From the human T2T-CHM13v2.0 reference genome, Homo sapiens, in assembly GCF_009914755.1 (NCBI RefSeq), contig NC_060925.1: a stretch of 64,000 nt of DNA. The stretch is one strand, 5' to 3'. A model generated the notes under the pieces. It had not been told where the DNA came from. It did no database searches and was given only the letters and a program-made list of their open reading frames with translations. The position numbers were made by a program, and so were the translations under genes. Positions 14,998-33,149 of this stretch are shown piece after piece; within the stretch, counting starts at the first letter, position 1, and each line of letters starts with the position of its first letter.

Positions 14998-16038
14998 TAA
15001 CAGGTGAAGGAGATGAGTGGGTCTGTGTTCCTCAGAATGGGGACACAGGCTGGGTGGCTAGAGAGTGGCCCACTGAGGCAGGGCTGCCCCCAATAGGCAG
15101 TCTAGGTCCTTGCTCATCTGGCTGGCAACTCTCCCTGCAGTAGTGGGGATGTACCCAGACTAGGAGGATTGGTGAGAGCCCCAGACTCGGGATGTGGAGG
15201 GCTGGTTTCTGACTGTGACAGTTATGATGGTCCCCGGAGAGGGTAGGGGAAGAGGGAGAAGGCTGTGAGTTAACAGTGAAACACCCTGTAGCAATGGCCC
15301 AATGAATGAGGGATTGGCAGTGCCAAGTTCCTAAAGGAGCATTAACTGTGCTGGGGGCACGGATGCAGGCTCCCACAGAGGTGGAATGAACTGCCCTGGC
15401 AAGTCTAGGACCCGTGGAGCCCCACTGAGACTCCATCACCTTAACTCCAAAAACAGGAAAATGTTTGTAAATCAAATCCGCTCTGTTTTCTCTATTTCTC
15501 CAGATTTGTTTTCTTCTTGGACTCATTATCTTTATGGAAACTAGGTCGAATTGGATTCTTTTCTATTTCTATCAGCCATGTATAGCCCCATTAGCTTTCT
15601 AATACTGTTAGAGAGTCTTTCAATTATGTTAAAAATGGAGCCAAATTTGCCATTCTTAAAAACGTTTAAGCTTCCATGCAAGTTCCCTTGACCTGGTTTT
15701 CTTTTGTTCCCTTGGGACACAGAATTCCTGTTAATGATACCTTATGACACTGCAGAAGACAGGAAGACATTGATGTCAAAGGGCAGCTGACCCTTGAAAC
15801 CAACAGACTGGAGAAGAGCCATTTTTCCCTTTCCCAGGTCACAAATGATGTGGGAGAGAAGTTGCCAAACACTGCCCTTGTGTGTTTTTTAAACATCAAT
15901 TTAGGAAAGTATAGACACAAGGAAGAGAAAATTCAATACTAATTCAAAGAAATGTATTTAATTTGAATGTTGGATAAACAATAGCTCTGTCATGAGGTAA
16001 TAATAAATTATATATTTCGACATCCAAATTTCGAAAAC

Positions 16039-16348
16039 TTAGCCAGGTGTGAGGATGTGTGCCCATTGTCCCAGCTACTCCAAGGCTGAGGTGGGAGGAT
16101 CGCTTGAGCCCAGGAGTTTGAGGCTGCAGTAAGCTGTGATCACACCACTGCACTCCAGCCTGAGTGACAGAGCAAGACTCTGTTGAAAGAAGGAAACAGA
16201 GAGCGAGAGAAGGAGGAGAAAGAAAAGAAAGAAAAGAAAGGAAGAAAGAAAGAGAAGAAAGAAAAGAAAGAAAAGAAAGAAAAGAAAGGAAGAAAGAAAG
16301 AGAAGAAAGAAAAGAAAGAAAAGAAAGGAAAGAAAGAAAGAGAGAGAG

Positions 16349-16395
<47 letters not shown>

Positions 16396-16450
16396 GAGAA
16401 AGAAAGAAAGAGAAGGAGGGGAGGGGAGGGGGGAGGGGAGAAAAAGAGAG
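16039..16450 (+). repeat. Alu right arm followed by a complex (GAAA)n/(GAAAA)n microsatellite
   Basis: Alu arm to about 16185, then about 260 bp of purine repeat with longer repeated sub-blocks. Confidence 0.9.
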
Positions 16451-18004
16451 GCCAAAAGCTGTGCTAAGGAGTCTCAGAACAACACCCCCAACCCATCCAA
16501 GCATTCTTAGGCTTAAATGATAATTATCCCAGATCTGGAGGTAACAGGGCAACCTGAAACCAATGCTCCTGTTTATAACATTCACCCCCAATCTGACTTG
16601 CCACAGTCTTAGGACTAAGGTCCTAGACCCAAATCTACGGTGTTGGGGTTGACGAAGACCATCTGATGGTTCTATTAAACCAACTTAGACCTTTCTGATC
16701 TTATTTAAAATGGGGGACGAGACCGTGCCTCTACCCCTAAATCGTTATGTCTATTACTGTGCTACCATCTAATGGCGAAGTGTATTAAAACACAAATGAA
16801 ACCTACTCCAAGGAACACTGACTACCGTTAAATTTTTTTTCCTATGGCCAATAGTTATATCTCTCTATCTCTCCAGATAAGGCACCAAATTTTCTCCATC
16901 ATTCATAAAAAATGCCCCCAGATTAAGATTTCTGGCAGGGAAAAAGTAATAAAGTCTAATTTACGCAGAAAAAAATTATGTAACATTAGGGAGGACAGAG
17001 GGATTTTTCTAAAACACTCTCAAAGTGTACAACATAAGACAAAACATTATTTTAAGATAGATATTGTTTAACTTTCTCATATATGAGAAGTTACTAATGG
17101 CAGAAATATTAACGCAGTATAGTTTGTGCAGAATGCATTACCGTCTTACAGAGAGGATAAAAATGAAGCTATCACCCTCTACAGAGACTATTCACCACCC
17201 TAAAAATAAAGTCTCATAGCAAAAATAAAGTTTGACTGTTACGTGATAAAAAAGATAGCGGATTACCAACATTTTTCCCTCTGCTCCTGCTGGCTAAGAT
17301 TTCAGATTCCTATTACAACTTATTTGGGAATTTTCCTCCCAGGGCTAAATGTTAGAAGTGGGGATCATTTAGGGAAATGTAGTAGGCAATGAAAACAAAG
17401 AATTCTCCTCCCCACCCCTAAGCTCTTCCTTTTCTCTAAAAGGGCACAGGACATATATATTGGGGATTTTCTACTTCCTGAGCAGTTGCATTAATGTCAC
17501 CAATAACTCAAACTTTAAATCACATCAGGAGACAGCCAGGTCCCCAAGAACTCCTGGGACACAGCCAGCTGGTCCACAGTGCATCGAGGCTTGCTGCAGA
17601 GCCCCCACAGAGTGGTCCCGTATGGGCTGGGAGGGTGACATGGACAGGTGACAACCAGACACTCAATCAGTTGGTAGGGCACAGCTGCCATGGGAACAGA
17701 GAGTGAGATGGGTAGGCAGAATTAGGACACCCCAAAACATGGCTTCGAACACCAGTTGTGCTGTGAAATTTTGAGACACGTATTAGTACACTTAAAAAAA
17801 ATCTAGAGATGCAAATTTCAAGTTGATTTCCAACCAGGGCGTGGACAGGGTCACTATAAGAGCAGAGAATATAGCTTCTGGGTTGGGATACACACTGATG
17901 TGCCCCTTCCCAAACAGTGCCTCTCTTTCCCACAACTACTGGAGCACGGAGTAATGGAAATCGTGTACTGCTAAGTTATAAGCATATGTAAAAACACAAA
18001 ACTG

Positions 18005-18235
18005 GGCCAGGCACAGTGGCTGGTGCCTGTACTTTCAGCACTTTGGGAGGCTGAGGTGGGAGGATTGCTTGAGCCCAAGGGTTTGAGACCAGTCGCTACT
18101 GAGGCAGCTGAGGCAGGAGGATCCCTTGAGCCCAGGAATTCTAGGCTGCAGTGAGTTATGATCAAGCCACTGCACTCCAGCCTGGGTGACAGACAGCAAA
18201 CTTCTCTTCGAAAAACAAACTAACAAAAAAAAAAA
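18005..18235 (+). mobile_element. AluJ with internal deletion
   Basis: Left arm joined directly to the middle of the right arm. Confidence 0.85.
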
Positions 18236-18338
18236 CAACTCACAGAACTGTACAAAACACCACATCTGTTCCCCTCTTGACCTTTATTTTCACCCCAGCC
18301 CACAGGTAAGATACAACCACCAGTCCTGTCTCCTAAAT

Positions 18339-18847
<509 letters not shown>

Positions 18848-20329
18848 TTCCAAATGCAGATGCTGAAAGCGCATACAAGGATGCAGTTTGTTGGCTAAAA
18901 GATGTCAAACAAGGGTGTAACCAAGTCTAGCTAAAACGTGAAGCTCTGGAATCAACACCTTCCTCCTGTAACTTCAACTCCCTCAAATGTCATATGATGT
19001 GGCGTTTTGGTCCAGACCACCCCAGCAGCTTTAGTGGGGTCAGCCCACCTCAAGAGCCTGGTTATTTTCTCCGGGAACTGAAGCAAAGTTGTTGGAACAA
19101 AGCTAGTAATCCGAGGTAGAGTTAAATAGAGAAGTCCTTGGGGACCCTATATCTCCCTATTTTGTTTTCTAATCTTTAGGATCAGTAGTTCATTTCCTAA
19201 TCCAGCAAGAATGGTTGGCAAGTCTGGGCTGTTAGGTGGGAGAAACACCGCCCTGGAACACTGAGATCTCGTTGTACACAAAGGAAACAGCGTGGTCCTG
19301 CTAACAGCTTGGGAACTGAGATAGCAACAGAACCACCAACAGAACCCCGTGAAAAGAGGACAAAAAGCCATTTATCGTATGGTTGTTCTTTTCTGATAAA
19401 TATGAAAGTTACAGAAAAGTCTAAATAATACTGTAACTGAAACCTATATTCCCACCACCTTGATTAATAACTGTTAACACTGTGTCAAATTAAACAGCAG
19501 TTTTGCAAAGCTGTGAAAAACTGCATCTGGCAGTGAGCTGGGAAACAAAGAGGAAAACAGCTAGAATAGGGAGAAATGAGCTAAGTATTTCTGAAATAAT
19601 TTTTTAACAAAGAATGTCCCCATTCTTTTATCAGAAAACATTTCAAATATGAAGTTTCCACAGAGCCACTAATAATAGTTTGTAAATTTGCGTAGCTGGA
19701 GGCTGGAGAGTTGAAATTTACAAGTAATGAAGAGCAGAAAAATAGCTGTAGAGGAAGCCAGCTCGTTTCCTTGGGGAAAACAGAATATGCTTTAGGACAA
19801 CCCCCTACCCTCTGAAGAGAGCAGGAAAGAAATCAGGCTGGTTCAACAGAAATCCGGCTGCAGATCAAGAAAGTGTGAGGCTTTCCCATCGCTGTTTATG
19901 GAGTTGAGGCCAAACGCTGGAAGACCCACAAGAAAGAACTGTTACCCAGGGCATTCCCTCGCTGGCTGACCTTGGACTATCTGCTTGGTGTTACCCATCA
20001 AAGCAGAGGGGCAGTAAGAACATGCACTGAAGTAAGAATCATGAGCTATTAGTGCTTCTACCCAGGGTGGGGAAAACATGGAAGTGTGGAGGCTGGAGGG
20101 CTGCTTTCCAGAGGACAAGGTCACAGGGAGCTGAGCTGGCCAAGGAGCAGGCAGGAAGGGCTGTCATCTTTGCTCTGATTCAACCAGTTTTACAGTCACC
20201 ATGGCAGCCCCTGTGGCAACATCCAGAACTTCTGAAATGATAACTCCTGCAGCTCTGAGGGTGTGTCTTCTGTTCTTTGACAAGTGCATTCCATTGCTGA
20301 AGGGGAACAAAATTTAAAATATTTATCCT

Positions 20330-20802
<473 letters not shown>

Positions 20803-21906
20803 CTAGACTAGACATCCCCTGGGTATCTCTTGTTTGTGTACATATTGGTAAATTTAATATATTCATTGGAGAATTTAATAAAGTGAAGCATAGAGTTCAG
20901 CTGGGCAGCCTCAGCTAAACTTCCCACATTCCCACACTCCAGGTGCAAAGCTGTGTTGTCTATCAACCAGCACCTGCCCTTTCAAAGAAATGTTATGTGT
21001 CATCACAGTCACAGGCTTTATGAGGACCAAGGGCACCAAGCCCCCAACTGATGTGCTTCCTCCCAGATCCTTTGGAACCCAATTGATGCAATGAGAGTCT
21101 GTTTGCCATAGCCAGAGGAAACTGTGGAGGATGGCTGCAGAAACATTCAGGCCCATTAAAAACCAATAACAAGAAATGGATTTTTCACCTGGTTTCCTAT
21201 GTAAAAAAAAAAACAAAAAAAAATTGCAGGAAAAAGAGAATGTAAAATACTTGTATGTGTGGCTGTGTATGCATTGCTCTTACCTCTATTAGAAATTCAT
21301 TCTTTCAGCATAAACATTTTTGACACTTACTATGTACAAAACTCTGTGCTAGATTCTGTTAACAAACATGAGTAAGGTGTAGTTCCTGGCTTCCAAGAGC
21401 TCATGATGTGGAGGAGAAAATCACACATAAAAACTAAAAAATCGTATTATAAGTTCTATAATTAAGGCTCATTCATCTGGTCAACAAAGATTTATTGTAC
21501 ACAATGTGCCAGCCTCAAGTATGAACAAATAATTTTGAGAGCACAGAGGCCAAATATAACTACCATTCTCCTTTCAACCATGAAAGGTGTGATAAAAGAA
21601 CTCCCATGAAAATGCTCTTTAAGGAGGGGGTCCCTATCTTTTTGTACACCGGTCGTACCTGGTGTGTGCCTGGCAAACGTTCAATAAATACTGCTCGTTA
21701 AATAATGGATTTTTTGTCCTGTTATTCATTAAGCATTTTCAACCCCATCTTTCTTTGCCATCTACTCCCTAATTTCATAAGCACTTACGGAACATCTACA
21801 CATATGCTGGGAGCAAGGGCTATAGAAACAAGAAGCTGTTCAGTGAGGGAAACAGGAGCGAAACTAAACTGAGCCTCAAAGAATGTGTAAGAATAAAACA
21901 AATTAT

Positions 21907-22050
21907 GGCCAGGTGCAGTGGCTCATGCCTGTAATCTCAGTACTCTGGGAGGCCAAGGCGGGAGGATTGCTTAAGCCCAAGAGTTCAAGGCCAGCCCGGA
22001 CAACATAGGAAGACCCCGTCTCTACAAAAAAATTTTAAAAATAAAATAAA
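21907..22050 (+). mobile_element. FLAM
   Basis: Alu left monomer with A tail. Confidence 0.85.
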
Positions 22051-22895
22051 ACAAGTTGTGTGTTTCTGAGGGATGACATTTCATGGAGGGAGGACGGTTT
22101 AAGAAAGACATAGAAGAGAGGTGCAGTGTGGGCATGTGGGGATCTCCAAACAGTTCAATGTCTTGAACTTTGCATTTTCAAAAACTTGATCTTGTCAGAT
22201 CTAACCTTGAGCTAACCAAACTTTTGAGGGAAAGTGTATCAACTAGAATGCCAATTCCTCAAGTCATTACTCTGTCAGTGGGCTAGGTGTTCATATGGGC
22301 ATTGGAATCTGTGTATGTCCAAAAGGATGCTTGAGTGAGCATGACCTTGGGGCAAGTTGCAAAGCTAGTGATCTTGTCATCAACGTAGGATAGCCGGCTG
22401 CATCTGTCTTTATCACCATCTTCCCTCTCCCTCTCCCTCAGTCATAAACAAGCTTCCAGGATGCTGCACTCTTTTCCTACTTCCTCAGCTCACACACTCC
22501 TCACCCCATTGCAATCTGGATTCTACCCCACCTCTCCCCTGAAGCTGCCCCCACCTAGGTCATAAACGCTCTCTCTGTCGCTAAATACAGGATTCCCCTT
22601 AGTCCTTCTTTCTTGATGTGTCTGTAGCTTCTGACCCTAAGATGAGCTCTCTTTCATCCATTTTGACGCTACCACTCCTTCCTGTTTTCCCTCTGATGTC
22701 ACAGGCCCTCTTGCATCTTCCTTTTACTCTGCCAACCCTACAACTAGTAGTTTCCTCCACTGTTCTCTCTCTCGGTGAGATCATGACTTTAGTTGTCACC
22801 TATATAGTCTAAAGATTCCCAAATTACGACCGGTGGCTCTAATGGCTTTTTCAAGAAATTGAGGTAAAATACACACAATATGAAGTTTACCACCT

Positions 22896-22991
22896 GCTCT
22901 GGTTTGAATATTTGTCCCCTCCAAAATTCATGTCAGAATTTATTCCCCAGTATGGCAGTATTGAGAAGCGGGGCCTTTAAGAGGTGATTAG
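22896..22991 (+). mobile_element. 5' fragment of an MST/MLT1-type MaLR LTR
   Basis: tgctctggtttgaatatttgtcccctccaaaattcatgt...ggggcctttaagaggtgattag. Confidence 0.65.
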
Positions 22992-23004
22992 TCTCAGTTA
23001 TCAC

Positions 23005-24060
23005 TCCAGCTAGGTGGCAATGCCTTGTGATGCCAGGGCAAGGCTATTCAGGAGGCTATACGTGCTCTGAATCAGCATCCAATATATGGTGCTGTTTCTC
23101 CGAGGGCCAAAATTCAAGGGTCCAGGAATCAAGGGGTGGAAATAGAAATAGCACCACTTGCCATTACCCCTAGTGACCCACTAGCAAAATTTTTGTTTCC
23201 TGTTCCTGCAATTTTATGCTCTGCTGGCCTAGAGGTCTTAGTTCTGGAGGGAGGAATGCTTCCATTAAGAAACACAACAATGATTCAATTGAACTGGAAG
23301 CTAAAACTACCACCCAGCCTCTTTGGGCTCTTTATGCCTCTGAGTCAATAGGCCAAGAAGGGAGTTACTGTGTTGGTTGGGGTGACTGATCCAGACTTCC
23401 AAAGGGGAAATTGGACCTCCACTCCACAATGGAGGTAAGGAAGAGTATGTCTGGAATATAGGAGGCCTCTTAGGGCATCTCTTAGTATTACCACACCCTG
23501 TGATTAAGGTCAATGGAAAACTACAACAGTGCAATCCAGGCAGGACTATGAATGACCCAGATCCTTCAGGTATGAAGTTTTGTGTCACTCCACCAGGTAA
23601 CAAACCTCGACCAGCTGAAGTGCTTGCTGAAGGCAAATGGAATACAGAATGGGTAGTAGAAGAAGGTAGTGATCAATACCAGCTGTGACCACATGACCAG
23701 TTATGGAAATGAGGACTGTAACTGACATGAGTATATCCTCCTCATTTTGTTATATGTTTGTGTATATGTACACATGTTTTAAGCAAATATCTTTGTTTTC
23801 TTTCTTCTCTTACTCCCTTATTATGTAACATAAGATGTATTCACTTTATATCGGTATTTAAGTTAATTTTACGTCATAGTGTTTACCTGGAGAACAGTAA
23901 ACATCACTCAAGAGCTTCATCTCCTCTTCTGGGGAAGGCATTAGTATGAGATAAATATGTCATGTTAGAATTAGGATCTTGTTATTGTTTTTATTTGGGG
24001 ATTAAGTATGGTTTAAGGAGATGCAATGCATATGGGTGCCACATTGACGAGGAGTGAATT
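23005..24060 (+). mobile_element. HERV-L internal 3' fragment (integrase end and dUTPase, decayed)
   Basis: Translates PLAITPSDPLAKFLFPVPAILCSAGLEVLV..LNWKLKLPP..GVTVLVGVTDPD and VIKVNGKLQQ..DPSGMK..RPAEVLAEGKWNTEWVVEEGS, typical of the ERV-L pol/dUTPase 3' region. Confidence 0.85.
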
Positions 24061-24813
<753 letters not shown>

Positions 24814-25402
24814 AACAGGTGAAGAAATACCTCAGGCAATAGAGGCAACAAGCAAAGATGCAGGTGTGTGATACAGAATGATGCATCAGAGAACTGCAGG
24901 TTATGCAAGGTGGCTGGAGCACTTGAACTACAAGGCAAGGAGTGGTCAAGGACAAGGCCAGGTAATGTCTGCCAATAGACTCAGAGGATGGACACTATCA
25001 GGCAGTCCTGACCAGGAGACCAAAGTATGGATCTATTACACAAGACCAGATAGAGGTGACACATGGAAACCAGGAATCAAAATTAAGGAGGAAATGACTG
25101 ATAACAGGTAAACGTATTATCCTTCCAGAGTATGTGCGATGGAATGTTTGTTGAAAACATGTTTGTTGAAAAAAAAATTAATCAAATATGTAATATACAC
25201 TAAAATATGAGCATAAACCTAGATTAATACAGCTATGAAATTAAATTATGGCACTTCAGGTATGAGTCAGGTTGAGGGAGATATACGTGTCGTCAGTGTA
25301 CTGAAGTTCCTGAAACTGGGAACCACTAGTTCTTCCTACTCTTTAATGAGCAAGAGGCCAGAAAGTAGAAGGAGTAGAAGCAGGAGGGGTGAGGAAGAAA
25401 AG

Positions 25403-25720
25403 AGATTGGGCAATTTACAAACGAAAGAAGATTAATGGACTCACAGTTCCACATGGCTGGGGAGGCCTCACAATCATGAGGGAAGGTGAAAGGCAGGTCT
25501 CACATGGTGGCAGACAAGAGAAGAGAGCTTCTGTAGGGAAACTTCCCTTTATAAAACCATCAGATCTCGTGAGACTTATTCACTATGACGAGAATAGCAC
25601 CGGAAAGATCCACCACCATGATTCACTTATCTTCCACTGGGTCTCTCCCACAACACGTGGGAATTATGGGAGCTACAATTCAAGATGAGATTTGGGTGGG
25701 GACACAGCCAAACCATATCA
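25403..25720 (-). mobile_element. THE1B/C LTR (3' end truncated)
   Basis: gactcacagttccacatggctggggaggcctcacaatcatg ... ggggacacagccaaaccatatca. Confidence 0.88.
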
Positions 25721-25905
25721 CCAACATTAGGTGAGATGACTCTGGATTCTGATTTCCGCTCCTCATGGCAATGTGTCCCCTTACGCGCCCTTCAGCTTTC
25801 TGTGTTCCTCACTCGGTCCTTGTTCTCTATTCTTTCATCTGCCCCCAGCCTTCTGTTTGCTCTTTCCTCACTCAGAGAGCTGTATTTCCTTGGTAAATTC
25901 CAGTC

Positions 25906-26188
25906 TTTTTTTTTTTTTTTTTAGACGGAGTCTCACTTAAGCCCAGGCTGGAGTGCAGTGGTGCGATCTCGGCTCACTGCAACCCGTGACTCCCGGGTTT
26001 AAGCTATTCTCTTGCCCCAGCCTCCCGAGTAGCTGGGATTACAGGCGCCCGGCTAATTTTTGTATTTTTAATAAAAAGGAGGTTTCACCATGTTGCCAGG
26101 CTGGTCTCAAACTCCTGACCTCAAGTGATCTGCCCACCTCGGCCTCCCAAAGTGTTAGGATTACAGGCGTGAGCCACAGCGCCCAGCC
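25906..26188 (-). mobile_element. AluS
   Basis: Reverse Alu dimer; TSD-like gtaaat(t/c)ccagtc on both sides. Confidence 0.9.
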
Positions 26189-26329
26189 GGTAAATCCCAG
26201 TCCTTTACCTACATCCTCCAGAGGTATTTTGAGCCTGTTGCCCCTGGCCTTTCAGAACCGGTCTCCCCCTCCCGGGCCATGCCCGTCTCTTTCTCATATT
26301 CTAACCCAGCTTTCCCACGTCTAAACCTA

Positions 26330-26995
26330 TTTTTTGATTACTGGTGAGGCATTCTCTGGGCTCCCCGCAACCTCCCCGGGACTTGACTGGGAAGGGCTCC
26401 CTTAGGCTCTCTGTCTCTTTGGTGCCTGGGCTGCAGCCACAGAGCAGGGAGAAAGGCCCCGGTGGCCCTGTCGGCTCCGCGCGGCGCCCTGCGAAAGGCC
26501 GGCCATGCGACACGGAAGCTCCTGCAGAACTGTCGCCGTCGAAAAGAAAGAGGCCCTCGCCGCAAAATGACTCAGTCAGTTCAGGCCTCGGCCCCAAGAG
26601 AAGTTCCCTGGTCATGTCACACCCTCCACTGAAGCAGTTCCAAAAGGCTGGGGAAAGAGCTGTTTTCTGGGAATTTGGAATGTGGGAAAAATTTCCCCAG
26701 GGAGTCAAAGTCGCCCGCGGCAGGAAGCGGGGTTCCGGCCACTGGACGGCTGGTTTTCCTGCTCTGCCACCTCCCGGGGGATGTGAGACCTGCAGGCCTT
26801 CTCCCGGGTGGAGGAGAGCAGCTGTTCATGCACCGAGGATGGATTCATTTACTGTGCACCTAGAACAGAGAGGACTAGACAACGTCCCCGACCATAATGA
26901 GGCTACACTCGGGACGGGAGGTGTCTGTAACGGGTCGTTGTTGTAAATGCGAAAGAGAGAAGTGTGCAAGTCAGAATCCCGGGAATCCTCGGCCT
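26330..26995. promoter_or_regulatory. Small orphan CpG-rich island, candidate promoter/enhancer
   Basis: Non-repeat GC-rich stretch keeping many CpGs (ccgcgcggcgcc, tcgccgtcg, tcgcccgcgg); AP-1 TGACTCA 26568-26574; GAS TTCTGGGAA 26665-26673; ETS-type GGAAG cores. Confidence 0.55.
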
Positions 26996-26999
26996 CCAA

Positions 27000-27617
27000 T
27001 CCATTATCAAGTCCTCTCAATTCCAAATCCAGCACGTCCCTTAGATCCATCCACTTCCCTTTCTCCAGGTCCAAACCACTCCTCTGTCTCCTCTCTGAAT
27101 GCTTTCTCCTCCCTCAATCCATTCTCCACTTAGCAGCCTGCTTAAATCCATTTAGCTTAAATCCCCACCACAGTCCCAGCCCCGCCAGGTCCAGCAGGCC
27201 CTTCATCCAGAGCCCTTCTCCCCGACCCTCTCTCACATCAGCACCCAGGTCTTTCCGTACTCCAAACACCACAAGCTCTTCTCGCCTTCGGGACTTTGCT
27301 TCTTCACAGCTCCTTCTACCAAGCATACTCTTCCTTATCTCCCCCCTATTCATTTCATTCTATTGACCCTTGGATAGCGGCTCAGCATCAGTTCTTCAGG
27401 GAAAGCTTCCCTGACCTGCAGGTAACAGATCCTCCAGTCATCTATTCTAAAACTTCTCATGCTCTTCCCTCATAGCAAACATCACAGTTTAATTACATCT
27501 GTGTGCATTAGTTTAATTAATGTCTCCTTCCCCCGAAGCTGTAGCTGCAATATCACTAGTACCTAGCATGGTACCTGACATATGGTAGATGCTGAAGAAG
27601 TATTTGTGGAATAAATT
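27000..27617 (+). mobile_element. L2 3' remnant
   Basis: cagggaaagcttccctgacc ... cctagcatggtacctgacatatggtagatgctgaagaagtatttgtggaataaat, typical L2 3' end. Confidence 0.65.
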
Positions 27618-28238
27618 TGAAAGGACCTGTGGACTTCTTACAAGCAAGAGGAGAACAATCTGGTTTGCTGAGTGGGTGTAGAAGTAAAGTTTCCACCACA
27701 GAAGTAGAACAGGACCAGGATTTCCCAGCCACTTTTATGGGATGCTTTAACCACAGTGGCATCTCCTCTTGAGCCTTCCTGGACTGTATCACTAGAAGTC
27801 CAACATCTGTTCCATCCTTGGACCCTGGGGGCAAGGGGCTATCACTGCTAGAGGGAGGGGAAGCTAATGGCCCAGTGAGCTGAATGAAGCAGAGAATGGG
27901 GAAAGATAGTGGAGGGAGATCATTCAAATCAGAAGGCCATTGGATTGATGACCTCTGAAATCTTGACGCCCCCAGGTACTTTCTCCAGGTTCCTGAGCGG
28001 ATGATGCTGTCTGTACAATGGGGAAGATCAGACACCTACTTGAGTGTCATACCCTGAGACTCAGCCTGGTTGGATTCGTTCATTCAGTAACCTTTACATT
28101 AAAGTTCCTGACCTCTAAGAGGTTATACATGCTCTTGACCCCCAGAGGGCACCCTGGAGACTCTTCTAGCAGCCTGTTGAGCACCATTACTGGTCAGCTT
28201 CCAGGGTCAGTGGAACTTGATGTAAAAGCAGCTGGGGT

Positions 28239-29278
<1,040 letters not shown>

Positions 29279-31298
29279 GGGTCAAAGCCATATGATTATG
29301 GAGCAGGCCAGGCAGGATATGTGGGAGAGCTTTCCTGTGTGGTCTCTGCAGCGGTGAGGTGAGCTGATGGAACGTACAGCAACATAGGTACTTGTAGTGG
29401 CCATTTTTTTAATTGCTCAGCCTCCATTTCCCTTTTATTGGATACAGCACCCCAATTTCTGATTTGTGGACTTAACCCTCTCTCCTTGTGTGGACTCTTG
29501 GTAGGACAGTAAATCAAGGGGCTTTTCCTCATAGCCAAGAGATGGGCACGTGACCTAGGCTGGAGCACTCAGACTGTCTCCTGAGACAGGATCTTGCATC
29601 ATCAGAAATGAACACTTGGATGACACTTGTCTCCTCAGCAACTCTCAGACAAAATAGTTGGCCAGTTTCTGTTGGTTCCAGTTCTATTTCAAGACTGGCT
29701 CTCCAGCCTGTCTCCTCTGTGAGCTACCTGATAACCTTTCAACAAGTTATCCTTTTGTTTGATTAGCTGAAGTTGGTTTCTGTTGCTTGCAACCAAGGAA
29801 CCATGATAAATTATCATCTGGTTCATAATTTCCATTTCATGAACCTCAGATGGTGAGCAATACTACAAAGACTTGGATAGCAGCTGCTAAAAGAGGAGGT
29901 GGCTGGAAGCATCTGAAATGTAGTCCAGAATAGTCCTGGGAGGCTAAACAGGTAAGCACTAATTGGTGAGGATATGGGAAATAGCTGGAAGAATTAAGTG
30001 CACCAACTTGCTGAAATTTGCTCTTACCAGTAGGAATGAGCCAGGGATATATAAGCAAGGAATGTAAGAGGTGAAGCATAGAAAATTCATATTCCATGGA
30101 AATTTAGGACTGAAGATTGTGCAATGATCCTCAGATTACCCAAGGCACAGATGTCAGAGGTGATGTCACAATACAAGAAAGCAAGTGAGAAAAATGCCCC
30201 TTTCTAAAAGGGCTCTCTGACCTCTGCTGCAGCCGGATTCTGAGAAAAATAGGCACCGGGGAGGCCCCTTCCTCTGCTGAAGTCTTCTGTTCTCAACAAT
30301 GTGAGGCTGGGCTTGGTCAAGATGAGTTGGGATGACTGCAGAGGTGGTGGGTACTTGGTAGTGCTGGAGATGGGAGTCTGAAGTGTGGTGAGAAGTCTGG
30401 ACATGGCTCGAGGACATGGCTGCCCCTCAATAGGAAGCTGAGGCAGTGGATGACAATGCTAAGCTCTTGACATGTTCCTCCATGAGCAGCTGGTTGGGGA
30501 AGAGCTTGTGAGTCACACCTCTTCTGCAGAGGATATGTGTTGGCTGTGTCCATCTTCACCTGAGCAGTCCTGGATCATGCTGGAGGCTTGCTCTGATAGA
30601 CCGAGGCTTGCTCCACAGCCTCCCCATGTTCTGAATCCATAGTGCTTTGATCTAAAGGCAGAACCCTGCCCTTCCTTTCCCCCAACCTGCCCTCAGAGCT
30701 CCAGAAGACTGAGGAGCCCTCCACTGTGGCTGCAGCCTGGTGGCTGGGGTCAGGAAAAATGCGGCTGGCATTTGGCCCATCCTATCCTCTGCAGTCAGCA
30801 GGTGGAGGGGAGCCGAGGGTTATGTAGCAGGGGCCAGGATGAGGCATACTACAGGGATCTTAGTTGTAAGCAACAGAAACTAATTATAGTAATTTAGAAT
30901 GGAAAACAAGTACACCAAAAAGACATTGGGTACCTCACAGAATTGCTAGAAGGACTGGAAAAACAAGATCTGGAGGAGACACAAACAGAAACAAAGACCC
31001 AGCCCACTGCAGGAAGGGTTCAGTGCAGACATCATTGCTTGTATGCTGGACAGCAGACATCACAGCCACCCTGCTAATGCTTGCAGCACTGGAAGTGGGA
31101 TGTTGCTGTAATCCTTTTATAATCTGACAGGATCCCCTTGCTTGTTTGTTTCACTGACTTCCATTTCTGACTTTGGTGCAGTGCTTCTGATTGGCTGGGA
31201 AAAAAGAAGGAAAGATGTCCAGTAGAACTCCCCTCTACCTTCATTTAATCTTATTCTTTAACTTACCTTCTTTTATCATCAGAATTCTCCCCCCCCCC

Positions 31299-33029
<1,731 letters not shown>

Positions 33030-33149
33030 AGCTTTGCTGTCAGGATCATTATCGTACTCTCTCTGCCTTCTATTCTGAGCCTGATCATCTAATGTGTCTC
33101 ATCTTCTGCTTCCTGGGCAGACAGGCAGAGAGAAGCTGGAGTCTTGTGA

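Noticed and set aside
15944-16591. 215-aa hydrophobic (F/L/S) ORF and the opposite-strand K/E/R ORFs
   Set aside because: Translations of the (GAAA)n microsatellite plus Alu sequence.
25449-25470. PRDM9 hotspot motif in THE1
   Set aside because: Reads CCTCCCCAGCCAT on the minus strand, the consensus-type form, not CCTCCCTAGCCAC.
26344-26946. 200-aa ORF
   Set aside because: Lies in a GC-rich island where stops are rare, has a GTG start and no recognisable homology.
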